Assembly: GCA_965195285.1 (NCBI GenBank)
Contig: CBDAFS010000059.1
Span: 8,866 to 72,865, forward strand
From: an uncultured Aminicenantes bacterium
GTDB taxonomy: Bacteria; Acidobacteriota; Aminicenantia; UBA2199
Direction of reading: 5' to 3'
Length of the DNA stretch: 64,000 bases
A model generated the notes under the pieces. The model saw only the letters and a list, made by a program, of their open reading frames with translations, searched no databases and was not told where the DNA came from. A program made the position numbers and the translations under genes. Shown here one piece after another: positions 18,510 through 27,348 of the stretch. The first letter of the stretch is position 1, and each line of letters opens with the position of its first letter.

Positions 18510-19107
18510 TTCTCTTGAAACTCATCTTGTTTTCGGTGCCGGAAAATATTTTCTTTAAATTTGACCGGTGCCGGACAATGATTAATATGGTTACCGCGAA
18601 CAGGATCATGGATACTTCCACCAGCTGGGTGAAAAGGGTAAAGAAAAAAACGGCTACGACTCCGGCCAGTGATCCGGCTGAGACATATTTTGTGATCCAT
18701 GCCATAAGCAGGAAAGCGCAGAGGAAAACTAGGAAACCCGGCAATGAGAATGCCAGGATGGCTCCACTAAATGTAGCCACACCCTTGCCGCCCTTGAACT
18801 TTAAAAAGAGGGGGAATATGTGTCCGGTTACCACTGCTGCTGCCCCCAGGATAATTATCACAGGATAGTCAAAATGCTTCAGGCCGTAGAAAACCGGGAT
18901 AAATCCCTTTAACAGGTCCAGCATCAGGGTGATCAGTCCGGCCAGCTTACCCTTGCTTCTGAGTAAATTGGTGGCTCCGATATTTCCACTTCCGACGCTT
19001 CGGATATCTTTTTTTTCGGTAATATAATAAACAATATAGCCGAAGGGAATCGAACCCAGCAGGAATGCAGAACCAATAAACAGGATCTCATGCATTGGAA
19101 AAGGCAA
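18502..19107 (-). CDS. plsY: Glycerol-3-phosphate acyltransferase
   Basis: GSGNIGATN, DLLKG, GHIFP, FKGGKGVAT, RHRSN. True start may be the second Met. Confidence 0.96.
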   Translation of the reverse strand: MPFPMHEILFIGSAFLLGSIPFGYIVYYITEKKDIRSVGSGNIGATNLLRSKGKLAGLITLMLDLLKGFIPVFYGLKHFDYPVIIILGAAAVVTGHIFPLFLKFKGGKGVATFSGAILAFSLPGFLVFLCAFLLMAWITKYVSAGSLAGVVAVFFFTLFTQLVEVSMILFAVTILIIVRHRSNLKKIFSGTENKMSFKRNG

Positions 19108-19648
19108 TCTCCTCCAGGATGGTATGGCGTGGCCCGCCGGGGGTCAGGGTACTTTCGAATATTTGAAATCCGCTGGCCGTAAACCTGGCAATAGGCAAAT
19201 CCAGATACTGGTCAATGAGTGTCAGCAGTGATTTGAAATTGAAGTTTTTCTTGTTTCGACCCAGGGTCAGGTGAGGTTCGAATTTCCGGGTTTCCTTCTC
19301 AACCCCCATTTCATCCAGAGTATGCTCGATTTGATGATACACCTGTTTCAGGGGATTGCTTTCATCAATGCCTGCCCAGAATATATGCAGGTTGTTTCCC
19401 TTACCGAACTTGCCGAAACCGGAAATACTGATGGGAATGGGACCTGATTGAAAACGGGTATGTTTTAACCGGGAAGACAGCTCATTTTTCCTTTCTCCGC
19501 TGATCTCTCCGATGAATTTCAGGGTTAAATGAAAGTTTTCGGGCTTTACCCATTTGATTGGAGTTGAGATTTTTTTAAATGGCTTCAGTGCGGTATTGAT
19601 TTGTTTGGCAACTCCATCATCCAGCTTAATTCCGATGAAAACCCTCAT
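19088..19648 (-). CDS. thpR: RNA 2',3'-cyclic phosphodiesterase
   Basis: MRVFIGI and two HxT motifs (HLTLKF, PHLTLGR). Confidence 0.92.
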   Translation of the reverse strand: MRVFIGIKLDDGVAKQINTALKPFKKISTPIKWVKPENFHLTLKFIGEISGERKNELSSRLKHTRFQSGPIPISISGFGKFGKGNNLHIFWAGIDESNPLKQVYHQIEHTLDEMGVEKETRKFEPHLTLGRNKKNFNFKSLLTLIDQYLDLPIARFTASGFQIFESTLTPGGPRHTILEEIAFSNA

Positions 19649-19654
19649 GCCGTT

Positions 19655-19683
19655 ATTATAAGGGATTTGGAAATATTAGTAAA
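19655..19683 (-). promoter_or_regulatory. sigma70-type promoter, probably leaderless
   Basis: TTTACT-17 nt-TATAAT ending 6 nt before the thpR ATG; no SD. Confidence 0.55.
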
Positions 19684-19725
19684 GGGATCGGACCCTTTTT
19701 GGGGAATTGAGATTCGACTTCACTT

Positions 19726-20463
19726 CTAATAGTCGACTTTTTCCAGGGTGAGACCGCCGGGGGGTGCAGTTTGTCCGGCCCGGCGCCTGTCTCTGGCACT
19801 GAATATAGCGGGCAGGTCCCGGGGTTCGATTTTTCCACGTCCGATATCAATCATTGTGCCGATGATATTTCTGACCATGTAGCGGAGGAAGCTTTTCCCG
19901 GTTATGGAAAAAATGATGGTCTCCCCCTTTACCCGCATGGAAAACTTGGAAATATCCCGGATTCTTTTTTTACTCGGTTCATTCGAAGTAAAACTGGAAA
20001 AATCCTTTTCACCCCGGAAATATTTCAATGATTTGCGCATGGCCTTCAGGTCCAGAGGGTAGGGGATATGTGTATAATAGCGGCTGATAAATGGTGATAG
20101 GGTCTGGCCGAAAAATATTCTATATGAATAGGTCTTGCTTTGGGCGTGAAAACGGGCATTGAATGATTTGTCCATCTGCTGGCAGTCAAGGATCCTGATA
20201 TCCGTTGGCAGCAGGGAATTGATGGCCATTTTCAGTGAGTCGGCCTCGATGCCGATGCGAAGGTGAAAATTGGCAGTCATTCCGGTGGAGTGAACTCCTG
20301 CATCGGTCCGGCTGCTTCCGGTTGTAGCCACCTTTTTTTTGGCGATGATAGAGAGGGCATTGGAAATTTCCCTCTGGACTGTTTTTATTTCGGGAACCTG
20401 AAACTGCCAGCCTTTGTATTCGGTTCCGTCAAAATGAATGATGATCTTGTAATTGTATACCAC
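19726..20463 (-). CDS. truA: tRNA pseudouridine(38-40) synthase
   Basis: FDGTEYKGWQ, SRTDAGVH, FNARF, FLRYMVRNI, TAPPGGL. Confidence 0.96.
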   Translation of the reverse strand: MVYNYKIIIHFDGTEYKGWQFQVPEIKTVQREISNALSIIAKKKVATTGSSRTDAGVHSTGMTANFHLRIGIEADSLKMAINSLLPTDIRILDCQQMDKSFNARFHAQSKTYSYRIFFGQTLSPFISRYYTHIPYPLDLKAMRKSLKYFRGEKDFSSFTSNEPSKKRIRDISKFSMRVKGETIIFSITGKSFLRYMVRNIIGTMIDIGRGKIEPRDLPAIFSARDRRRAGQTAPPGGLTLEKVDY

Positions 20464-20475
20464 AATTTATCAGAA

Positions 20476-20979
20476 TCATTGAAAAAGGTTTCCGGGGCGG
20501 TTGTTCCCGAAATATTGGTTGATTCGGGTCATGACTTCTTCGGGGGTGGATAGAGGAATGACACCATTGATATCCCAGGTATTCAAGCCAAAAATTTTTT
20601 TGTTGTAAATCTGGGAATAGGCGATTTCCGACAGGGTCCCGTAATGGCCATCAATGGCGACCAGGACATCGGAATTTAAAACTACCAGGGCATTCCGCAT
20701 ATAGCCCAGTCCGGTGGGTATGGCAATATCGACATAGGGATTGGCTTCTTCTTTTTGTTTGCCCGGCAGGATAGCAATGACCAATCCCTGGGCTGATTTT
20801 GCCGCTTTGGCCGAGGCTTCCATCACACCCTTCATGCCTCCGTTGATGAGAATATAACCGTTCCTGGCAATTAAATCTCCCATTTCGGTGGCATTTTTCA
20901 GGGATCGTGAATCAGGGAGGTTGCCCCCGATGATACCGATCCGCTTTGTTGTGGAAAGGGTTTTAAGATCTACAGACAT
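20476..20979 (-). CDS. TIGR00725/LOG-family Rossmann-fold nucleotide-binding protein
   Basis: GGMKGVMEA, ILPG, TGLGYMRN, GTLSEI. Confidence 0.85.
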   Translation of the reverse strand: MSVDLKTLSTTKRIGIIGGNLPDSRSLKNATEMGDLIARNGYILINGGMKGVMEASAKAAKSAQGLVIAILPGKQKEEANPYVDIAIPTGLGYMRNALVVLNSDVLVAIDGHYGTLSEIAYSQIYNKKIFGLNTWDINGVIPLSTPEEVMTRINQYFGNNRPGNLFQ

Positions 20980-20997
20980 CCGGGTCCGGGGGAGATC

Positions 20998-21189
20998 CTA
21001 AATTGCTTTTTCCACCTTGCCGTCTCTGATGCAGCGGGTACAAACTCTCATATGTTTTGTTTCACCGTTTATCTTTACTTTTATTTTCTGTAAATTGGGA
21101 AGCCATCTTCTTTTGGTCGATTTATGAGAATGGCTGACATTATGGCCGGTAATGGGCTTTTTTCCGCAGATTTCACATACTTTTGCCAC
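20998..21189 (-). CDS. rpmB: 50S ribosomal protein L28 (Zn-ribbon form)
   Basis: CEICGK, NVSHS, RRWLPNLQ, VCTRC; GTG start 8 nt after GGAGG. Confidence 0.97.
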   Translation of the reverse strand: MAKVCEICGKKPITGHNVSHSHKSTKRRWLPNLQKIKVKINGETKHMRVCTRCIRDGKVEKAI

Positions 21190-21218
21190 TTTCAATTCCT
21201 CCTTTGACGGTAAATCAT

Positions 21219-21247
21219 ATTGTACTAAATTTCACTCTGAAAATCAA
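21219..21247 (-). promoter_or_regulatory. sigma70 promoter for rpmB
   Basis: TTGATT-17 nt-TACAAT upstream of the SD. Confidence 0.6.
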
Positions 21248-21259
21248 CAGCGAGAATGA

Positions 21260-22756
21260 TCATCCTAAGCGTATGGATTCGCTGCAGTTTTTATTGGTCA
21301 TTTTTTTGAACTGAAAGTGATCCATTCTGTTTAAGGAAATCTTTTCACGGTAGTCAACTATAATATCAGCAATCTGGTTGGGTTTGAGAAGTTCCAGGGT
21401 TTTTAAAAATATTTTATTTTTTTTCTTCCAGGCCCGGTGTAAATGTCTGGCATAAATGTTGACCAAAACCCCGATATAATTACCGAGAAATAATTTTTTT
21501 AATTTCTGCGGCCCTGAATAGAATTTCTTGTGACAGTATATCTGGGCATATTGAAGTTCTGCCAGACTGAAATTGTTGGGTTTAAAAACCACATGATGGG
21601 CATCGTAAAGACTCCAGTCGTTAAATTGAATACGGTTTTGACGAACCATGTCCCGGAAAAATTCAGTGCCCGGTAATGGGGTTAATATCAGAAACTGGAC
21701 CGAGGTGAGGTTGGATTGGCGGGCGAACTTGACTGTTTTTTTTATGGTCTCCCAGTTGTCCTCATCAAATCCCAGAACAAACATGCCGTGAATGTGGATG
21801 TGATGTTTCTGGAGTACCTGGATAGCCCGGCTGATATCTTCCACCTTCTGGTTTTTTTTCATGGCTTTGAGACTGAGGGGATTGATCGATTCGAATCCGA
21901 TATAAAGAGTGTGGCATCCTGACTTCTTCATCAGTTTGATCAGTTCCGGGTCTTTGGTGATGTCGGCCCTAACCTGGGCAGACCATTTGAATTTGAATTT
22001 TTCCGTGATCATGGCCTGTAATAAATTCCGGGTATGTTTAGGGTTGGCGGCAAAATTGTCATCGTAGAAGAAAATGTCCTGGCTTTGATGTTGATACTCC
22101 TTCAATTCATTAATAATGTTTTCAACTGAGCGAAAGCGGTATTTATGTCCGAACATTGGTGTCACCGAACAAAAAGAGCAATTGAAGGGGCAACCCCTGG
22201 ATGTCTGGATCGGTATGCTCTTGTCTTTGCTAACAATATCAGTTCTGCCGCTGTATAGAGAAAAATCCGGGACCGGGTATTCATCCAGGTTCGGGTTAAA
22301 CGGGCTCATGGGATTATGAATAATATTTCCATGGCTTTTAAAGGATAAATTGGCAACGGTATGGAAATCACCTCCGGATTCCCAGACATCAATGAATTGC
22401 ATTAAGGCTTTCTCTCCTTCTCCTCGGATCACAAAATCAGAATGTTCCAGTGCTTCTTCAGCCTGAAAGGTAATGTGTGCTCCTCCCATGATGACAGGGA
22501 TTTTATTTGCTCTGGCTTTGTCGGCAATCACATAGGCCCGCGGAGCTGTCGAACTGATAGTGGATATGGCAATCATATCTGCAGATTCAAGCCGCTTCCA
22601 TTCAAGTGGCTCTATGTCTTCAATATACACCTCAACGTCCCAGCCCCGCTGGCGCATCAGGTTTCCCAGAATAAATATCCCCAAGCGGGGCAGTTTGAAA
22701 ATTGAAAAAATATGCAGGTTTGGTGATTTGGGTTCAATGAATATGATTTTAGCCAT
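21260..22756 (-). CDS. B12-binding domain radical SAM enzyme
   Basis: N-terminal cobalamin-binding-like domain (PRLG, MGGAH, GEGE); RGCPFNCSFC; FYDDNF, GFES, LTPLPGT. Confidence 0.9.
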   Translation of the reverse strand: MAKIIFIEPKSPNLHIFSIFKLPRLGIFILGNLMRQRGWDVEVYIEDIEPLEWKRLESADMIAISTISSTAPRAYVIADKARANKIPVIMGGAHITFQAEEALEHSDFVIRGEGEKALMQFIDVWESGGDFHTVANLSFKSHGNIIHNPMSPFNPNLDEYPVPDFSLYSGRTDIVSKDKSIPIQTSRGCPFNCSFCSVTPMFGHKYRFRSVENIINELKEYQHQSQDIFFYDDNFAANPKHTRNLLQAMITEKFKFKWSAQVRADITKDPELIKLMKKSGCHTLYIGFESINPLSLKAMKKNQKVEDISRAIQVLQKHHIHIHGMFVLGFDEDNWETIKKTVKFARQSNLTSVQFLILTPLPGTEFFRDMVRQNRIQFNDWSLYDAHHVVFKPNNFSLAELQYAQIYCHKKFYSGPQKLKKLFLGNYIGVLVNIYARHLHRAWKKKNKIFLKTLELLKPNQIADIIVDYREKISLNRMDHFQFKKMTNKNCSESIRLG

Positions 22757-23468
22757 TTTTGTTCACCCGGGTTGATTTGAGGCGTTTTTCATTTTTCCTA
22801 AAGAGTGAATTGATTTCCTTTGACTTCTTATTGAGCAGTTCTTCCCACCGGTTAGTCCCCTTTTTCAACAGATCGATTTTATTGAGGAGAAGCTTTATTT
22901 CCTGCACCATTCGTTTTAATTTCTGTTCGGTTTCTTTTTGGGAAAACTGATCTATGTTGGATTCAATGGCCAGGAATATCCGGAAAAGATCGGAGTTTTT
23001 TTTGATCTGCTCCAGTGAGTATCCGAATAATTGTAGATCCTTGACCAGGTTACACAGGTATACATATGTTTCCGAATACAGCCGGAAACCACCTTCACTT
23101 CTCATGTTCGCTTCAATGATTCCCATTTCTTCCCAGTGCTTGATGGTTCGGGTGCTTACTCCGATCCGGTCTGCCAGTCCCCCGATGGTCAATTGCTTTT
23201 TAGTCCGGTTTTTTTTTCCATTTTCTCCGGATCTGGGGAAACCGAATTTTTTGGTTATTTTGCCGATTGCTTCCATGCCGTAACCCATATCGATAAATTT
23301 CTTGATATGGTTGGATTGGTCGATTGAGAGGGAACTATAAAAGGGAATATTGTTTTCGGTAAAATCCGATGGTTCTAAGATTTTGGCTTGCTCCATTTTT
23401 TTCAGCCATTTTTCGGATATTTTAGCCTTGGAAATGAATTCGTCCCGGGTCAGAATTTTACCTTTCAT
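22749..23468 (-). CDS. MerR-family regulator with two HTH domains
   Basis: Second HTH is canonical (IGGLADRIGVSTRTIKHWEEMG...GFRLY); the first is degenerate; C-terminal coiled coil; SD GGAGG. Confidence 0.85.
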   Translation of the reverse strand: MKGKILTRDEFISKAKISEKWLKKMEQAKILEPSDFTENNIPFYSSLSIDQSNHIKKFIDMGYGMEAIGKITKKFGFPRSGENGKKNRTKKQLTIGGLADRIGVSTRTIKHWEEMGIIEANMRSEGGFRLYSETYVYLCNLVKDLQLFGYSLEQIKKNSDLFRIFLAIESNIDQFSQKETEQKLKRMVQEIKLLLNKIDLLKKGTNRWEELLNKKSKEINSLFRKNEKRLKSTRVNKNG

Positions 23469-23478
23469 ATAACCTCCA

Positions 23479-23549
23479 AACGTACATGTTGAATTAAATC
23501 AAACGTGAACGTTAAGGTATATTATAGTATAATTTATTGGAAAAATCAA
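23479..23549 (-). promoter_or_regulatory. Promoter plus two palindromic operator-like sites
   Basis: TTGATT-17 nt-TATAAT (23549..23521), followed by AACGTGAACGTT (23502-23513) and AACGTACATGTT (23479-23490). Confidence 0.65.
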
Positions 23550-23604
23550 CTGAAGTGTTCGTTTTTTTTGTGATATGCTAAATTTCAGAAACAGCGTCGT
23601 TGAT

Positions 23605-24069
23605 TTAAAAAATAAGGGGCTTCAGCCACATGAAAAATCGGATGACGACCAGGGTGTAGAGGCCGGCAATCAGATCATCCAGCATAATTCCCAGTCCCTG
23701 CCCGATTTTTTCTGCACGTCTGATGGGAAAAGGTTTGAAGATGTCAAAAAAACGAAAAATGAAAAAAGCGGCCAAGTAATGTACCCAGGAATGGGGAATG
23801 AAAAGGAGGCATAGCAGCTGTCCGGCAACCTCATCGATTACGCATTCACCGGGATCCTTTTTCCCGAAGTGAACCTCACAAGCCGAGGCAGCCGGGATTC
23901 CCAGCAGGATAATGATCACCAGGGAAGTGACCCCGGTCACCATCGATTGAATATGGGGATAAATCAGGTAGAAGGTTCCGGCGGTGATCAGGGAGGCCCA
24001 GGATCCCGGGGCAATCGGTATTCTGCCCACATTGAAAAAGGTTGCCGCGATTATCCAGATATTTTTCAT
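23605..24069 (-). CDS. pgpA: Phosphatidylglycerophosphatase A
   Basis: APGSWAS, DPGECVIDEVAG, FRFFDIFKPFPI, GIMLDD. Confidence 0.93.
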   Translation of the reverse strand: MKNIWIIAATFFNVGRIPIAPGSWASLITAGTFYLIYPHIQSMVTGVTSLVIIILLGIPAASACEVHFGKKDPGECVIDEVAGQLLCLLFIPHSWVHYLAAFFIFRFFDIFKPFPIRRAEKIGQGLGIMLDDLIAGLYTLVVIRFFMWLKPLIF

Positions 24070-25382
24070 TGTTTTTCTCCGTATAGAAATTCGTTTTGGG
24101 ATCCGGTAATTTTAATTTTTATGATTTCATAATGATCTTTAAAGGACGTTTTCATCCGGGTCAATCCGTCTACTTCCGGTGCCTGGGATCGAATTCGGCC
24201 AATGGTGGTATTGTTTTCCCAGGGGCCAAGGGGAACGAACTCCTGCACCGTATTGAGGATACGGTAATTGTAGGACTGGATATTCTGATCGGAAATATCC
24301 ATCAACCGGTTTTTTCGACTCTCTATCACCCGGGGATCGACCCTGTTTTTAAAGCCAAAGGCGGCGGTATTTTCTTCCGCTGAAAATCCGAAAACACCGA
24401 TGCGCTCAATACCGGACTCCCCGGCAAATTCTTCCAGCTGTTGGAAATCCTGTTCACTTTCGTCTGGAAATCCCACAATGAAGGTCGATCTGATAACGGC
24501 CTCCGGGTATTGTTTCCGGATACGCTGGATCAATGCCAGGTTTTTCCCGTACCCGCCTCTTCTTTTCATTTTTTTCAGGATACGGGTTGAAACATGTTGA
24601 AACGGGAAATCAAAATAGGGTAGTATCGAGGAGTAAGAAAATGACTCCAGTATATAATCATCGACTTCCTCGGGCATTAAATACAGAATCCTGATCCATC
24701 TGAAACCAAGGGCGGATAGTTTCTTTATGAGTTGTGGAAGCAGGGATTTTTTTTCGATATCCATGCCGAAATAACTGGTATTTTGAGAAATGATATTTAA
24801 TTCCTGGAAACCCCGGCCCAGGTAGTTTTCTGCTTCCTTCAGAATGGATTCGATGCTTCTGGACCGGTAGGGTCCTCTGATCCGAGGAATAGCGCAGAAA
24901 CTGCAGGACATATCACAACCCTCTGATATCTTTATGAAAGTGGTATTGGGTGTGGTGGTGAGGATTCGAGGATCGCTGTCATGGTATAAAAATAATTCAC
25001 GATCGGAATAATCCTGCTGTTGTTCTTCGATGATTAAACGGGCCAATTGCCTGAGATCATTGACTCCCCAGATAATATCAGCGGTTTTGAAATGTTTTTT
25101 CAAATCCCGGTAATACCTCTGGATCAGGCAGCCAAAAACGGCCACATGCTGAACCTCTCCCTTTTCTTTTCTCTCCAGGGCCATGAGTATTTCGTCAATA
25201 CTCTCCTGCTTGGCATCCTGAATGAATCCGCAGGTGTTGATGGCCAACCAGTCTGAATCCTCGTAACTGGACACGATTTTGATATTGTTTTTTTCAAGCA
25301 TCCCGCCCAGAACCTCGGTGTCCACAATATTCTTGAAACATCCCAGGTTGATAAAGGATATGGTTTTTTGCTTTCTTTTCAT
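24066..25382 (-). CDS. rimO: Ribosomal protein S12 methylthiotransferase
   Basis: LGCFKNIVD, NTCGFI, EGCDMSCSFCAIP, QAPEVDG. Confidence 0.93.
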   Translation of the reverse strand: MKRKQKTISFINLGCFKNIVDTEVLGGMLEKNNIKIVSSYEDSDWLAINTCGFIQDAKQESIDEILMALERKEKGEVQHVAVFGCLIQRYYRDLKKHFKTADIIWGVNDLRQLARLIIEEQQQDYSDRELFLYHDSDPRILTTTPNTTFIKISEGCDMSCSFCAIPRIRGPYRSRSIESILKEAENYLGRGFQELNIISQNTSYFGMDIEKKSLLPQLIKKLSALGFRWIRILYLMPEEVDDYILESFSYSSILPYFDFPFQHVSTRILKKMKRRGGYGKNLALIQRIRKQYPEAVIRSTFIVGFPDESEQDFQQLEEFAGESGIERIGVFGFSAEENTAAFGFKNRVDPRVIESRKNRLMDISDQNIQSYNYRILNTVQEFVPLGPWENNTTIGRIRSQAPEVDGLTRMKTSFKDHYEIIKIKITGSQNEFLYGEKQ

Positions 25383-25494
25383 TTTGGTTCAGTTAAAGCC
25401 CGATTGTATCAAATTCTCGCCATTCGGGCAATTCCCCTTCTGGCTGGGGTTAAAAGCAACTGGGGAAAATACCGCAAGAATTCGGAAGAGAAAA

Positions 25495-25566
25495 TAGCCC
25501 GTAGGGGAATCGAACCCCTCTTGCAGGGTTGAAAACCCTGTGTCCTAACCGATAGACGAACGGGCC
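25495..25566 (-). tRNA. tRNA-Glu (TTC)
   Basis: Reverse complement GGCCCGTTCGTCTATCGG...CAGGGTTTTCAACCCTG...GGTTCGATTCC...CGGGCTA. Confidence 0.95.
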
Positions 25567-25573
25567 AAAAGAA

Positions 25574-25646
25574 TGAGCCGTACTGGATTCGAACCAGTGA
25601 CAGCCGCCTTAAAAGGGCGGTGCTCTGCCAGCTGAGCTAACGGCCC
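25574..25646 (-). tRNA. tRNA-Lys (TTT)
   Basis: Reverse complement GGGCCGTTAGCTCAG...CCGCCCTTTTAAGGCGG...GGTTCGAATCC...CGGCTCA; TTGACA-17-TAAATT upstream (25688..25660). Confidence 0.95.
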
Positions 25647-25793
25647 GATTTGAGTGTTAAATTTATCATATTTTTGTTCAGCTGTCAAATGGTAATTTTC
25701 CAATAAAGAAAATAGGCAGTTGATTTAAAAAAAAAATGATTTATGGTATATTTGATTTTATAAAAAAAGAAAAATCATAATAAGGAGAAAAAA

Positions 25794-27326
25794 ATGCAAC
25801 TTCACCATGAGTTTATCAAAACAGCTAAAAAAGCCGGCAAAAGAATCGCAATAGTTGATCGCACACTGGGCCGAAGGGTCTCCTATTCAAGGGCCTTGAT
25901 CGGGGCACTGATCCTGAGTAAAAAAATTCAAGCTTACAAGGATGGTTTTATCGGAGTCATGATCCCCAATTCAGCCGGCTCAATACTGACCACTCTGGGA
26001 ATTGTTTTTTCTGGCAAGGTTCCGGTAATGATTAATTACTCCACAGGCGCAGCTGGAAATTGCGAATATGCGCAGCAGAAGTGCGGCTTTAAAACCATTA
26101 TTACCTCTCGGGCCTTGATGGAGAAAATTGGCTGTCGCCTGATACCGGGCATGGTTTTTATTGAGGATATCATGGCAGGCATTTCCACCGGAGACAAGCT
26201 GAAAGCGGCACTCCAATCAAAGTTGCCCACCAAGATTCTCATGAAAAATGTTCATCGGGGTGAACTCGATGACAATGTGGTTATTTTGTTTACCAGCGGC
26301 AGTGAAAAGGATCCCAAGGCGGTTCAGTTAACCCACCGGAATTTTCTGTCCAATATCGAAGCCATTCTGACCAAATTCAAAATCACCCAGGATGACATCA
26401 TGCTGGGAATTTTGCCATTGTTCCACGTATTTGGCCACAATACCAATTTCTGGCTTCCGCTGTATTTCGGGATGACAGTGGTCACCTATGCAAATCCTCT
26501 GGAATATGAGAAGGTGTGCCAGATCATCAAAGAAGAAAAGGTGACTGTCATGCTGGCCACCCCTGTCTTTTTCATGGGCTATCTCAGAAAATCCAAGCCG
26601 GGGGATTTTGAGACGGTCTGGCTGGCTGTGGCCGGTGCGGATAAATTGCCGGAATGGCTGAGAAAGTCATTTATCGAAAAGCAAAATCTGGAAGTATTTG
26701 AGGGTTACGGTACCACCGAAACCAGCCCGGTTATTTCGGTAAATGGTCCGGGAGAAAACAAACCGGGCAGTATTGGCAAGCCCTTTCCTAATATTCAGGT
26801 TAAAATTACCGATATTGAATCCGGGGAGGTTCTGGGTCCCGAGCAGGAAGGTAAAATCCATGTGAAAGGGGATCTGGTGATGAAGGGCTATTTTGATGAT
26901 ATTGAAGAAACATCGCTGAGAATCGAAGCCGGCTGGTATGACACCGGAGATATGGGCAAGATGGATGATGACGGATATCTGTGGCACCGGGGAAGATTGA
27001 AGAGATTTGTTAAAATCGGGGGTGAAATGGTTTCCCTGGTCAGGATTGAGAGTGAGCTGGAAAATTTGATTCCCGATGATATTGACTATTGCGTGGTGGA
27101 AGTTCCGGATTCGCTGAAAGGTGCCAAAATTGTCGTGGCCATTACCAAGGAGATCAATGTGAGAGATGTTCTCACTAAATTGTCTGCCAAACTGCCCAAT
27201 ATTGCCGTACCCAAGCAGTTTGTGGTGCTCAGTGAGCTTCCCAAGATGGGCAGCGGTAAAATTGATTTCAGAACCGCCACGGAACTGGTGAGAAATAAAA
27301 TAAACCGCAACAACAACTTAAAATAA
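25794..27326 (+). CDS. AMP-binding enzyme, stand-alone Aas-type acyl-ACP synthetase domain
   Basis: FTSGSEKDPK, EGYGTTE, YDTGD, RLKRFVKIGGEMVSL, PKMGSGK; SD AAGGAG. Confidence 0.88.
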   Translation: MQLHHEFIKTAKKAGKRIAIVDRTLGRRVSYSRALIGALILSKKIQAYKDGFIGVMIPNSAGSILTTLGIVFSGKVPVMINYSTGAAGNCEYAQQKCGFKTIITSRALMEKIGCRLIPGMVFIEDIMAGISTGDKLKAALQSKLPTKILMKNVHRGELDDNVVILFTSGSEKDPKAVQLTHRNFLSNIEAILTKFKITQDDIMLGILPLFHVFGHNTNFWLPLYFGMTVVTYANPLEYEKVCQIIKEEKVTVMLATPVFFMGYLRKSKPGDFETVWLAVAGADKLPEWLRKSFIEKQNLEVFEGYGTTETSPVISVNGPGENKPGSIGKPFPNIQVKITDIESGEVLGPEQEGKIHVKGDLVMKGYFDDIEETSLRIEAGWYDTGDMGKMDDDGYLWHRGRLKRFVKIGGEMVSLVRIESELENLIPDDIDYCVVEVPDSLKGAKIVVAITKEINVRDVLTKLSAKLPNIAVPKQFVVLSELPKMGSGKIDFRTATELVRNKINRNNNLK

Positions 27327-27348
27327 AGCAACCGTTTTCTTGACGGAT

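Noticed and set aside
22749-23600. CarH/LitR-type B12 photoreceptor or cobalamin riboswitch
   Set aside because: The MerR protein lacks a B12-binding domain, and the predicted leader of about 45 nt is too short for a riboswitch.
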